A stretch of DNA of 64,000 bases from Octopus bimaculoides (Eukaryota): NCBI RefSeq assembly GCF_001194135.2, contig NC_068993.1:36575203-36639202 (forward strand). The letters are read 5' to 3'. The stretch's first letter is position 1. Every line of letters starts with the position of its first letter. The translations under genes were made by a program, and so were the position numbers. The notes below the pieces were generated by a model that did no database searches, was not told the origin of the DNA, and was given only the letters and a program-made list of their open reading frames with translations. Shown piece by piece: positions 39,091 through 52,420 of the stretch.

Positions 39091-40458
39091 TCTTTAGTAT
39101 TTAGATTATTCTGTCAAATGTAATGCTTATTTATTTCCTTTTGTTTTCATTTAATCATGTATAATCTTACAGCTTTTAGGTTTTAATGGTGTGGTAGTAT
39201 ATTTTGAGTATGACATTGAAGAATAAGTATGAGAGGCCAAATATGGCCAGTTTGAGCATAAAACAGGTAGAATATTTGGGCTGNNNNNNNNNNNNNNNNN
39301 NNNNNNNNNNNNNNNNNNNNNNNNNNNNNNNNNNNNNNNNGTGATGGTGGTAAATGAGCAAGGTTGTTCATTTACAGCCTTGCATGGAAAACATGTCTGG
39401 CCATGGGTAAACATTACCATGCTTTGAAACAGGTGAGGGTTGACCACAAACAGGAAGGGCATCTGACCATAGAAAAATCAGCCTCAAGAAATCCTGTCTG
39501 ACCTATGCAAGCGTGAAAAAGGCCTTTCTTTGCGAGCTAAAGGCCTTTCTTTGTCACATGCTGTAAGAATTACATTAAGGGGACATCTCAGTGGAATATG
39601 CAACAACTTGACATGCTATTTCAAGGAGCAGATGGTTCTGTTGATCAAAAAAAAAAAAAAAAATAGACATTCATATGTTGTTTATGAGAGAGTCTATTAT
39701 AGTCATCTACAGGGGTGTGAGAGTGTATACAAACCACTGGACATCCATGTGAGTGGAAACTATTCACAAGAAGGTCTTGAGATCAAATGCCCTTACAACT
39801 ATTATGATGTGTCATGAGACAAAAACACATTACTCAACATACCTCAGTTCATACAACTGAAAATAGAGTAAATGTTTAGCGTTAAGAAGAATATGCAGCT
39901 GTACAAACAGTTAGCACAACATGTGCAGCTTTCCAAATTTATAAATACAGCCCCTCAGTAGGTTAGTCTGGAAAAATGGATAGAAAACTGCAATAAATAA
40001 ATAAATATCAGTAAATGTGGTTAAAGTTAACAGTGGAAAGAAGTTTAGTCATAAATGGTAGCTTTTATATAATATATATATATATATAAACACACACACA
40101 CGCAGATAGACAGACATATGTAGGTCAGAATAAACATAGGTGAAAAACTTTAAGAGAGAGAGGGAAAGGTCATTACTTAGAAATACACCATCACATAGAT
40201 TTAGGGGCCAAAGATTAAAAGTGACCAAGGTTAAGTAATAAAGAAAACCAGACTTCAATTTAGCAACACGTTTGAAAATCAAAATGGTAGTGAATAATCA
40301 ATGCTAAACTCTGTGTGAGTGTGATGGGTTGATAATGATACTATAAGAAGAAGGGTACTGTTTTATGTTGTACATTTAATAACAAAGCTAATAATGTCAA
40401 ACATTTCAAATATTTTTAAAGTGTGTTTACCAATATTAAAATATTTTGGTAAACATTA

Positions 40459-40872
40459 TGTGGCTGTGTAGTAAGAAGCTTGCTTCCCAACTATGTGGTT
40501 TCAGGTTCAGTCCCACTGTGTTACTCCTTGGGCAAGTATCTTCTACTATAGCCTTGGGCCAACGAAAGCCTTGTGAGTGGATTTGGTAGACAGAAACAGA
40601 GAAGCTTATCATACATCTATCTATCTATTTATCTGTGTGTGCGTGTGTCTTTGTACATGTGTTTGTCACCCACCACTGCTTGACAACTAGTGTTGGTGTG
40701 TTTACATCTCTGTAACTTACAGTTCAGCGAAATAGACCAATAGGAAAAGTACCAGGCTTAACAAAATAAAAAATAAAAAATACTGGGGTTGATTCATTCA
40801 ACTAAAAATTCTTCAAGGTGGTGCCCCAGCATGACCACAGTCTAATAACTGAAACAAGTAAAAAAAATAAAA
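40459..40872 (+). mobile_element. SINE family 1 copy
   Basis: Head to tail A. Confidence 0.8.
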
Positions 40873-40924
40873 GCTACTCAAAACATAGCAACAATAAGTT
40901 TATCATTACACTATGTTGTATATT

Positions 40925-41150
40925 ATGATAAACAGGGTGGCAAGCAGATAGAAATCATGAGAGTATCAGAAAAAATGCTTTGTGGAATTTCTGGCTCTTT
41001 ACATTCTGGTTTCAAATCCTGCGAAGGTCAACTTTGCCTTTCATCTTTTCAAAGTTGATAAAATAAAGTACCAGTCAAGAACTGGAATCAATAGTACCGG
41101 CTAATCTCACCCCATCAGAATTGCTGGCCTTATGCCTCAATCCGAAACTT
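40925..41150 (+). mobile_element. SINE family 2 copy (diverged)
   Basis: ggtcaactttgcctttcatc...gttgataaaataaagtaccag core. Confidence 0.7.
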
Positions 41151-41242
41151 TTATGATAAAAAGGAGGGGGTTCCATGTTGTATATTACAAAATGCCACGA
41201 AGCATTTTGGTCTGGGGTGACAACAATTCTACCAGCTCACTA

Positions 41243-41441
41243 CCTTCAATAATAAAAATAATAATAATAATCCTTTCTACTATAAGCACCCTTCAATAAT
41301 AAAAATAATCCTTTCTACTATAGGCACCCTTCAATAATAAAAATAATCCTTTCTACTATAGGCACCCTTCAATAATAATAATAATCCTTTCTACTATAGG
41401 TACCCTTCAATAATAAAAATAATCCTTTCTACTATAGGCAC
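41243..41441. repeat. Five-unit tandem array (47 bp plus 4x38 bp): ccttc-aataataaaaataat-cctttctactataggcac
   Basis: Units start at 41243, 41290, 41328, 41366 and 41404; near identical. Confidence 0.95.
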
Positions 41442-41630
41442 AAGGCCTGAAATTTTGGGGAAGGGGACTAGTCAATTACATCAACCCCAGTGTTTCACTA
41501 GTACTTAATTTATTAATCCTGAGAGGATGGAAGGCAAAGTCGACCTTGGCGGAATTTGAACTCAAAACATTAAGACGGACAGAATACTACTAAGCATTTT
41601 GTTCAGCGTGCTAACAAATCTGCCAGCTTT
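41424..41630 (-). mobile_element. SINE family 2 copy, near full length
   Basis: cctttctactataggcacaaggcctgaaatt...ggcaaagtcgaccttggcggaatttgaactc...ctgccagc. Confidence 0.85.
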
Positions 41631-43691
41631 AATAATAACATTAATTTTCTGTCACCTTCTGCTCCAAAACAGCCACTGCATAGCACTATGCTGAAAGACA
41701 GATGGAAGTAATGCCATTTTTTAAATTTTTTACTTTTTTTCTTCTTGTTGCTTAGTCAAGAGGAGTGCAGTGCTTGTGACTCTTGACAGGGGCTCTCAGA
41801 GTGTTAGGAGGAAGTTAGTTTCCTATTGGTAGCCTGACCTACGTGTTTGCAACAAAATAGACTCCACTAAAGGCACTCAAAGTGCCATGTGATGCTGTTA
41901 AACTTAGTGATGAATTGAGTCTATCATCCAAGCACTCATGGTGGGATTTGAACTTAGAACACAAAGCCAGAATAAATACAAGATATTTTGTCTGATATTC
42001 TAACAACTTTGCCAGTTCACTTTTTATGTAGTACCATATATCCCAGCATACAAGTCAACATAGTATGTAGTGTAAACATTTAAACATCACCACTATCTCT
42101 CCGAAACCTGCTGCATTTCACAAGGAATTTTTTATCCTACAAAGTCATCTTAGTATTTCTGTAAATTTTGGTCTGAAAAATTCAACTTGCATGTCAGAAA
42201 ATACAGTATGTAATTGACAAATGTTTTGTTTGCAGGCAATATTCTGGCCAAAGCCTCCATTAGACAAAAGTGCACACATTTGGGGAAGTAAACTCCAGAT
42301 AAACTTAAACCTGAATTCCCAGCTGTATCAGCTTTAATTAAATCTGATAATGTCTTTTGGAAATGCATGAATGTCACAAGATCCATTCCTATCTCTAGCC
42401 TCTAAACTGCTTGAAGTCAATAAAACAGATTATCTATCTATCAAATTGATCACTTGTTGATTATTCTGATCATGAAAGATCAAGTATTTTATCTCTTATA
42501 TGTTACTAGTTTGTAAGATAAAGAAATATTTATCATTTAAAGAGATATGTGTATGTGTATATATATTGCATACACACACTAACACACATATATATATATA
42601 CGTGGGTGTAATATGCTTTTGTTTTGTCTTGTTTGTACTTTTTCAATTAAAACTAAGGCATGTTCTATACATGCTCAGCAAGTAACAGTGTGTTAAATAT
42701 GTTAATATAATGCATGTGTTCTATGCATGGTAAGTAACATGAACTTCAAACTCCTATTGCAATTTACACACCACACTGTTGCTTGGCGGTGTGTGTGTGT
42801 GTGTGTGTGTGAAGTAGGCATGGGGTAGTGCTTAAGAGGCTTATTTTGCAATCATGAGATCACAGGTTTGATCCTGCAGCACAGTATCTTGGGAAAATGT
42901 CTTTACCATTGCCTCCAGTGAATCCAAGCCTTGTGAGCGAAATTAGGAAAATGGAACCTGCACAGAGGCTCATTAGGTGGATTACACCTGCAAGCTAAAG
43001 GCCCACCCTGGTCACATGCAGTAATAATTACATTAAGGGGGGGACATATCTGGGGAATACACAACCACTTGACATGCTAATTCAAAGAATAGTTTGTTTT
43101 GTTGATAAAAATAATAGAAATTCATGTTGTTCATGATGGGAGAGTCCATCATTGATATCTACAGGAACGAGAGGGAGTGTTCATACCACAGGATATTCAT
43201 ATGCAGTTCTTGGTAAGAGAGTGTGCAAACCACTGGATATTCATTCGTAGTTCTTGATAGGAGAGTCCACCACTATCACTTCATGGGAACAGTAGTGACC
43301 TAAAGGTGACAAACAACCGTTCTATACTGACTTTAACACCACCCACTTCCAGTCTACCATTTACCATGATGCTTTACTGAAATCATTTTTTACCTCTTTT
43401 ACCACTTAACTGAAAGAAGTCCATCGTACATACATACATGTCTGTATATATATTTGTGTGTGTGTGTCTGTGTTTGTCTCCCACCATCGCTTGACAACCG
43501 ATATTGATGTGTTAATGCCTCCATAATTTAGCGGTTTTGCAAAAGAGACTGATAGAATAAGTACTAGGCTTACAAAGAATAAGTACTGGGTTCAATTTCT
43601 TGGACTAAATTCCTTTGAGGCAGTGCTCCAGCATGGCTGCAGCCATGACTGAAACAAGTAAAAGAATATATATATATGTATATATATATAT

Positions 43692-43863
43692 AGGCGCAGG
43701 AGTGGCTGTGTGGTTAGTAGTTTGCTTACCAGCAACATGGTTCCAGGTTCAGTCCCACTGTGTGGCACCTTGGGCAAGTGTCTTCTACTATAGCCTCAGG
43801 CTGACCAAAGCCATGTGAGTGGATTTGGTAGACGGAAACTGAAAGAAGCCTGTTGTATATATG

Positions 43864-43896
<33 letters not shown>

Positions 43897-44052
43897 CTGT
43901 GTTTATCTCCCCAACATCGCTTGGTGTGTTTACGTCCCCATAACTTAGCGGTTCGGCAAAAGAGACCAATAGAATAAGTCCTGGGGTCGATTTGCTCGAC
44001 TAAAGGCGGTGCTCCAGCATGGCCGCAGTCAAATGACTGAAACAAGTAAACG
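43692..44052 (+). mobile_element. SINE family 1, full length, preceded by a 3'-half copy (~43400-43665)
   Basis: Close to 26353-26730. Confidence 0.9.
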
Positions 44053-44067
44053 AGCGTATATATATAT

Positions 44068-44098
<31 letters not shown>

Positions 44099-44427
44099 GT
44101 TTGGTACCCAGGTACATATTTAGCCAACCTGTGTGGACTCTAAAGCCATGGAGAAGGTAATTAACCTAAGAAGTGGAAAACTAATAGAAAAATCTGAGGT
44201 ATGTTGTTCATCAACTTAGTGGTTAAACATTTGCAGAGACTTTCTGTTATCAGCTTTTCCCCAAAATGTGGCTGGTCAAACATAAGCTTTCACCACTGAA
44301 AATAAATCATCTGTATAGGACAGTCTAATAGCTATAAGGCTGTTGGACATTCATCCATAAAATCTATTATGTGTGTGTGTGTATGTGTGTTATATTTTAG
44401 GATGTAGAGGAGGGAGAGAGAATGTGA

Positions 44428-44471
<44 letters not shown>

Positions 44472-44875
44472 CAAATCTGAACTAAAGATCTGACCTCAAC
44501 AGTAACAAACTAAAGAAAGGTGATAAGAAAGACAAAGAGAAGAAGAGAAAGAAAGAGAAGGTTAAAGCAACAGTGAGTGGGGGTAGGAGATGAAGAGAAC
44601 TTACATGCTCCTAACATCTGATGACAATGATGGCAGATTGAAATACACAGAAATATGAACCAAAATTAAAGGCATAAAGCATCAAAGAAAAAAAAGACAA
44701 AAACTATGTCAATTTTGGGAGGTGGGGGATAGTCAATTACATCAACCCCAGTGTCCAGCAGGTATTTATTTTATCTACCCTGCAAAAAGACAAACTCAGA
44801 ACAGCCAAAAGAAATGTTTCCAAGCATTTTGATTGATATGCTAATGAAGGTCAGCAGTGTGTGTGTGTGTGTGTG

Positions 44876-45200
44876 AAGGCATGTGGCTTAATGGTTAGGA
44901 GTATTCACTCACAATTGTAAGGTCATGAGTTCAATTCCCAGCGGTGTGTTGTGACCTTGAGCAAGACAATTTATTTCATGTTGCTCTAGTTGATTCAGCT
45001 GGCAAAAATGAGCTGTGCCTGTATTTCAAAAGGCCAGGTTTATCACATTCTGTATCATGCTGAATATCCTTGAGAACTTATGTTAAGGGTAAATATGTCT
45101 GTGAAGTACTCAGCCACTTGCATGTTAGTTTCACAAGCAGGCTGTTCTGTTGATTGGATCAACTGGAACCCTCATTGTTGTAACTGACAGAGTGCCAGTT
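44876..45200 (+). mobile_element. SINE family 3, second tail variant (...tgttaagggt...caactggaaccc)
   Basis: Same head as 17052; tail shared with 59497-59750. Confidence 0.75.
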
Positions 45201-45497
45201 AAGTTACATATTAGGTAGGTAGGAAGGTGGGTAAATAGGTAGCACCATGATGTAAATGATAGAACAATTTGTAAAACACATTGTTCTGGGTTCAACCCTA
45301 CTGTGTGACGCCTTTGGCCTGGTGCCTCAGGCTGACCAATGCCTATTTCTTTCTTTCTCTCTCTCTCTCTTCATTATTTTCAAAATTAACTGAAAGAAAA
45401 ACAGGTCATTTCAACAGAAATATGGTAAAAGAAAAGGTTAAATTAAGACAAGATGAGCCAAATGATGTTACCAACATTAGTCTGTCCAAAATTCTCA

Positions 45498-45956
45498 TTA
45501 ACCCTTTTGTTGCCATATTTCTGTTGAAATATGCTACCTTTGTTTAAATCAATTTTGATATTAATAAAGAATTGATTAAAATCACTTTGTTATTGTTAAC
45601 CTTTCAGCATTCAGATTATTCTATCAAATATAATGCTTATTCATTCATATTGTTTTAAATTTATCATTCATTATCTCATGGCTTTGAGATTTTAATGATG
45701 TGATCGTGTATTTTTAGAATGACATGATAGGGTAAGGTATGAGAGGCCAGATCTAGCTGGTCTGAACATAAGACAGGTAGAATATTCAGGCCAGATATGG
45801 CCAGTTTAAATGCTAAGGGGTTAAGGTAGTATTTGGAATATGAATTAACTTCAAATTTTGATGGAAAGTTTTAATTTAGATCACTTTAAAACAGTGAATG
45901 TTTGTATCATAGGGGTACAAGGGCAGTTTCAGGTAGGTTCATAACAAAGGAGTTAA
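45498..45956. mobile_element. MITE family B with MITE family A nested at an internal TTAA (45596-45824)
   Basis: TTAA at 45498, 45596, 45821 and 45953; family B sequence resumes after 45824. Confidence 0.85.
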
Positions 45957-46883
45957 ACTTCATTGTATTCTTTCTTTGCCCCTTAGTGACTTTCCAGATT
46001 TTAAACAAAATAATTCACTATATCACTACTGCACTGAAAATGTACCCGGGGGGGAAAGAAGGTACCCTCAAACAATGGATGACCACCCTTTTCTCTGAAC
46101 ACCAAACAGTTCACACACACAAAATAGGTGGGGCCAAGAAAAACAGAAAAGAAAGGTTTAGTGGAAAGCCATTAAAAAAGAATTAGTGACAACACTTCTT
46201 CAAGTACGATGGTACAAATTGAGGTTCGCAATAACTTTGGTTTTATTTATTTATTCATCTATTTATTTATATTCTTTTAAGTACTAAATCCTGTTTTCTT
46301 TCCCAGCCCAAAAGAAACATCTTGCTAGTTTAAGGACTGATAATACACATGACCAGTCCTAAACCAGTGTGCCTGATCACCAGGATAGAATGGTATTCAG
46401 TATTCAATTCTATTGAATGTAAACCAAATATAAAACAACAATGTTATAAAGCAGTTTGTACTGTAATAAGTTACACTGGCAATCTTTATGAATCATCTCA
46501 TTCCATTGTGAGTATTGTCTAATTTAATAGTTTTGTTATATATATAAGAGTTTGATTCAGGAGTGAACAGAATTTGTTGTTGAGGTAGATTTTTCTCTGG
46601 CCAGATGCCCTTCTTGTCACCAACCAAGTAAGGTAATTCTTCCCCATGGTTAGACATATTTTCACAGAAGACTGGAAACAAAGAATACCACTTGTATGAC
46701 AGTAACACTCATTTACAACTGCCACACAATGTAAAGACAAGGAGACACTCATTCACACAAACACATATATACATATACACGACAGACTTCTTTCAGTTTC
46801 CATGAACCAAATACACTTATAAGGATTTGGTCAACTTGGGGCAAAAGTAGAAGAAACTAGTGGGACTGAACCTAGAACCAAGT

Positions 46884-47127
46884 GGCGGAGGGACGTGACT
46901 TAGTGGTTAGGATGTTGGACTCATGATTGTAAGATTAATGCTTTGATTCCTGGACCAGATGGCATGTTGTGTTCTTGAGCAAAACACTTCATTTCACCTT
47001 GCTCCAGCCTGCTCAGCTGGCATAAATGAGTAATCCTGCAACAGACCAGGTGGGGAATATATCCACCATGAAACCAGCCCTTATGAGTCAGTATGACTCG
47101 AGAAGATAACTTTATCTACCTTTACCG
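46884..47127 (+). mobile_element. SINE family 3 inserted into the head of a minus-strand SINE family 1
   Basis: 9-bp TSD gaaccaagt at 46875-46883 and 47128-47136; SINE1 head sequence continues on both sides. Confidence 0.8.
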
Positions 47128-48528
47128 GAACCAAGTTTCTCAATTACACAGCCATGCTTGCAATGACATGTGTAGTAGTATTTATGTATGTAAATATGTA
47201 TGTATATAATGACATCACTTTGGCCTAAGAGAAAAGAACACCACTTTTATATTATAGCTAATTACAATATATTTGAAAAATAAGGTAAACTTGTTACATT
47301 TTTCTTTTCTAGCTGATGCTATATTTGGACAACTCTAAATAAATGTTTTCTGTTATCACTTCTATCAACAGAAAAAGTAGGTATTGACTAGGCTGATTAG
47401 GTTCCACATCAGACTTTTGATGGAGAACCCAGGTTCTGAAACAGTTAAGTTAAGGTACTCACACTTTGTCTACACAAGTGATAACAGCACTAGCTGGTTG
47501 CTCAACTTACAAAAGATAGCAGCCGTGTCTCCCTCAAATTACACCCTATCATACTGAGAAGTGAATGCTAGTTTGGATAACATAGTCCAAGTCATACCCA
47601 TGAGAATGGTCATGGCTGCAACACAGATATATTCAATCTGGGTTGACTCAGGACCTCGTAAGTCACTTATGGTATTGGTCTCAAGGTTCCATATCTTTGG
47701 ACTCAAATGGTGTGTGGCCCCAAAACCTCACCAGCCACATCTCTCTGGCTCTCAATAGTTTCACTAGGAGTAGTACCAACTAAGAGACAGTGGCAATAAT
47801 GTGGAATTTATGACTAAAATTTTTCTAGGCAGTGTCCTAGTGTGGCCGCAGTCTAATGGCTGAAATAAGTAAAAGAAAGACAAAAGACTATGATTGTGAG
47901 TCTAACACCTAAAACTCTAGACTTATGTATCCTCACTTGTCTCATGTACTACTAAAATATAGTCTTGTATATATATCCCTAAAAAATTGACAGAATGGTC
48001 ATGGTTGAAATATAGTTGGAATGCCTTTGATCATAGTTCTGCTTGATCAGGGTTAACCTGGGGCTAAACAACAACAACAACAATGACCCCCCCCCCNNNN
48101 NNNNNNGGGATTAGCTCTCCTGATCTCTCTTTGTCTCTCTTCTCCATCATCCTGTCTTAGATATATTCAAGTTAAGTATGACACACCTAAAATATTTCTC
48201 TTTATAGAGGTGCAAAGTAAAAATAAACATTAAAAAAACAACAAAAAACATACAAAAGAGTTTGATGGAGATAGGGTAGGAGTAAAGGTGAAAATTTAAC
48301 TTTTCTACTCAAACTTTTTCAATAAATTTTAACTATCTCCCCACCATTAGTAGCAGAGAGGTAAATATTCACATCTACTTTATGTGAATAAGTTGGATCC
48401 CGATTCAATTCTTCACCAGAAAGAAGGATAATGTTTAGGTGGCAGGCTAACACACTGTTTAGAACCAATAAAAGAATTAAAGTTCAGAACAGTCCCCAAA
48501 GGCTGGCATTCAGTTGTAATATTTGTGT

Positions 48529-48972
48529 TTAATCCTTTAGCATTAAAACCAGCCATACCCAGCACAAACATTCAACCTGTTTAATGTTCAAATCAACCAG
48601 ACACCATCTCTCACTCCTACCCTACAATGTCATTCTAAAAATAAACAATTTGATCACTGAAATCTTGAAGCTATGAAATAATGCTTGATTAATTCAAAAC
48701 AATGTGAATAAATACGTATTACATTTGGCAGAGTAATCTGAATGCTAATGAATTAACCCTTTTGTTATCATATTTCTGTTGAAAAATACTGTCTTTGTTT
48801 CAATTAATTTTGAGAATGAAGAATTTAGTAAAATAACTGTTGTTGTTGAGCTGGTGTTTGAAGCATAAATTAATATAAATTTTTTATATAAGTTTTTAGA
48901 TCACTTAAATGCAGGAAGTCTGTATCATGAATCCTGGGGCAGATTCAAGTTGATTAGTATCAAAAGAGTTAA
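48529..48972. mobile_element. MITE A (reverse) and MITE B adjacent, sharing one TTAA at 48753-48756
   Basis: TTAA at 48529, 48753 and 48969. Confidence 0.8.
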
Positions 48973-49246
48973 GTGGATAAAAATAAAAAAAGAAATCTCT
49001 CTCTCTGGATAGGTGGTCACTCTCTCAGGTAATAATGAACAATTTCCAGCATGTGAGTGGACTGACCATTGTAGAATTCAGGCTACTGCCTATAAACACC
49101 AACAAAACACTTGTTAATTCAGATCGAAAATGTAGGCGGTGCGAGTCCAAACTTCAATCCTTTTATCCAACTAGTCAAGTTTTAATCCCAACGAAACTAC
49201 TTGCAACTGATTCTTGGATTTCAAAACTACTCTCAGTTGATTCAAC

Positions 49247-49452
49247 TTAACCCTTTTGTTTACATATTTCTGTTGAAATACATTGCTTTCATTTCAATTA
49301 ATTTTGTAATTAATGAAAAACTTAGTAAACTTACTTAAATAACTGCATCGTTATAGTGATAGTGTTTAGAAAATAAGAAATTTCAGATCACTTTTATTTT
49401 CTACCCATAGAACCAGTAGTAGTCTCTGGTGGGTTGGTATCAAAAGGGTTAA
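49247..49452. mobile_element. MITE family B, complete
   Basis: TTAA-CCCTTTTG...CAAAAGGG-TTAA. Confidence 0.85.
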
Positions 49453-49955
49453 GAGCTACAAGTTCAATACATCAGTCCTTTATTCATATGGTCATTTTTA
49501 ACCCTTATAAAGCTACTCACAACTGAAATTTAGATTTTGAAAATTTAGCTACTAATTATAATGCTGGTTGTAGTAATATCAGAGCATGAAATATTGTTTT
49601 CAATTTTGAGAAAGCATGCGATAATTGACAATCTCATGGCTAGTAATGTTCAACTCAGGACATCATCACAACTTAATATAACTGCACACAACTTGGTAAA
49701 AACGGTCCTTACTAGCTATGGTTATCTACAGTTATTGACATGAGCATGCTAAAAAAAAACTATTCTAAATTGCCATGGTAACTTCTAAGAAAAAAGAAAA
49801 ACATCAAGTTTTTTTTTCCTGCTTTCGATGCATCAGTATCAAGAACACTTACACAAGTCAAGACTAAAAACAAACATGAAAGAGAAGTATCAAAATACAT
49901 TAGAACTAAAGATTAATAATAGATGCATACACACATGGAAAGAGAGAGATACAGA

Positions 49956-50060
<105 letters not shown>

Positions 50061-50912
50061 CCAAAGTACATGAACATATACAAGCAATGAATGAATATAC
50101 AAGCAAAATGAAAATGAAAGATAGAATTAAGTGAATTAAGAATATTAAAATTCTTTTAAAAGGGTTGGTTGACAAAATTAATAATTAAATAAATCTGACG
50201 TCTTAGTAGATAAAAGTGAACCTAATTATTAAACGAAGGCTAAACAATAACGAAACCAAAGAGAGCTGTATCAGGAAGTGATTTTTATTCAAGACATTCA
50301 GAATGAATGAATGAAAAGAGAACTTGTGAAAAAGAAAGCAATATTTTTTTTTTAAATTAATAATAATAATTAATATGTTGAATGAAATAAAATAAACATT
50401 GGTTAAAATATATATATGTATGTATATCACTCACCAACAGTATAGGACCCCAAAAAATAAGATTTGAATCGAGAATAAGAAAGAAATTAACTAATTTATC
50501 CAGAAATGTCAAGCACTTAAAAGCATGAAAAAAAAACAATAATAAAGTAAATAAAAAAAGGCGTACTCTCCTGTAATGGAGGGAAAGAAACAACCTATTA
50601 TACTGGACAAACCGGACTGAACTGATTACGTAAGTTAAAAATATTATCGACACTTGATAGATTGGAACAGGATACAACATTTATAATAATGCAAAAAGAA
50701 AAAGAAAGAATAAATAAAAGAAAACAAAACAAAACAAAAATGCATTGCAGCATCAACAGCTATTGAATAATGCAGTGAGTGCATTGTAGCTATTGCAGTA
50801 GTGTAAGGTAAAAAAGAAATACATATACATATACACATATANNNNNNNNNNNNNNNNNNNNNNNNNNNNNNNNNNNNNNNNNNNNNNNNNNNNNNNNNNN
50901 NNNNNNNNNNNN

Positions 50913-50959
<47 letters not shown>

Positions 50960-52019
50960 TATATGTAGTAAAAAAAAAAACATAAAAATAACAGGCTGTC
51001 CACATAAAGTGTGAGATATGAATCTATTAGTAAAGATCTTGATACAATCAGACCTCACCAATACTCTCCCCCCCCTCTCTCCCTCACTCTCTCTCTCTTT
51101 GTTATCTATATATTCATTCATTATATTTCAGATGCAAGCAAAAATGGACTGATTATCAATGACCAGGTTGCAGATGATTATTATACAGCAGAAGACTTGA
51201 TACTATATTGACAGTAGCTGATGGTGAGGGGAGTCCCACAAGCCCACTGGGTCGTTGGGACATCCCTGAAATCATCAGCTTCATTTGCAGCAGCAGCAAT
51301 AGTAGTTGTTTTGTATCCAGGACAAATTAGCTTGGTAGAAGGAAGACCATACTCTCGCACATGCATGTGCACATACATATACACACATATATAGCCACAT
51401 GCAAATAAATATATATATATATATGTACACATACACACACGTATGTACAGGAAGGGTTTAAACTCCACACACTGCTGCTAGCTAATGACAATACACTTGT
51501 TGATTTCCTAGTGCTGCCTACTGTTGTCAGTGGTGTAAGCAGCAGCAGCAGTAGTAGTGGCTGTAACAGCAGCAGCAGCAGTGGTATGTTGTTCTTAACC
51601 TGAGGTACCTATTTATAGTTCAGTGAACTGGGCCATTTGACAAATATCCTGGTACAAACTACTAAATTCTCAGCTAGTTTCCCACTAGTACCCTGTCGAC
51701 TATACGAATGACTAAATGAGTAACTGTTTCAATTACGTTACTGTTACTTTTGGAAAAGGCATAAATGCCACAGCTCTCATTATCTGCTTTCCTAACCGTC
51801 TTAGGGGCTCATGGTGTCTACATGGAGGAGACAAGACAATTTCTGACACCATCATAGCAGTCAATATACAGATAAGGTTATAGATTTTTAATGATAGATA
51901 ATGATTTTAAAAATCCATTTACTACAACCACCACCACCACTGACACCACCACTACAGAAGATTTTCATTGGTCACAAGTACCCAAGATACTGAGAGCAAT
52001 ATAAAAGAACAAAAAATAA

Positions 52020-52420
52020 TTCTAATTTCCACTCAAGGCCAGCAGTTTTAGAGGGAGGAGGTAATGATTACTTGATCCCAGTAGTAAAGTAGTACTTTAT
52101 ATTATCAGTCCTGAAAGGATAAAAGGCAAAGCTGATCTCAGCAGGATTTGAACTTAGAATGTAAAGAGATGGTCGAGTATTTAGTCTGATGCACTAATGA
52201 TTCTGACATCTTCATCTTGAAGGATATAAAAATAATCCTTTCTGCTATAGACACAAGGTGTGAAATTCTGAAAGTGGAGGCTAATCAATTACATCAACCC
52301 CAGTACTCTCAACTGGTACTTATTTTATCAACCCCAAAAGGATGAAAGGCAAAGTCAACCTTGAAAGCATTTTAACTCAGAATGTACAGATGGCCAAAAT
52401 ACTTAGCATTTTGTGGTATT
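52020..52420 (-). mobile_element. Two tandem SINE family 2 copies
   Basis: Core gataaaaggcaaag / gatgaaaggcaaagtcaacc seen twice. Confidence 0.75.

Noticed and set aside
41243-41441. CRISPR-like array
   Set aside because: Units are contiguous with no unique spacers, derive from SINE ends, and lie in eukaryotic DNA with no cas genes.
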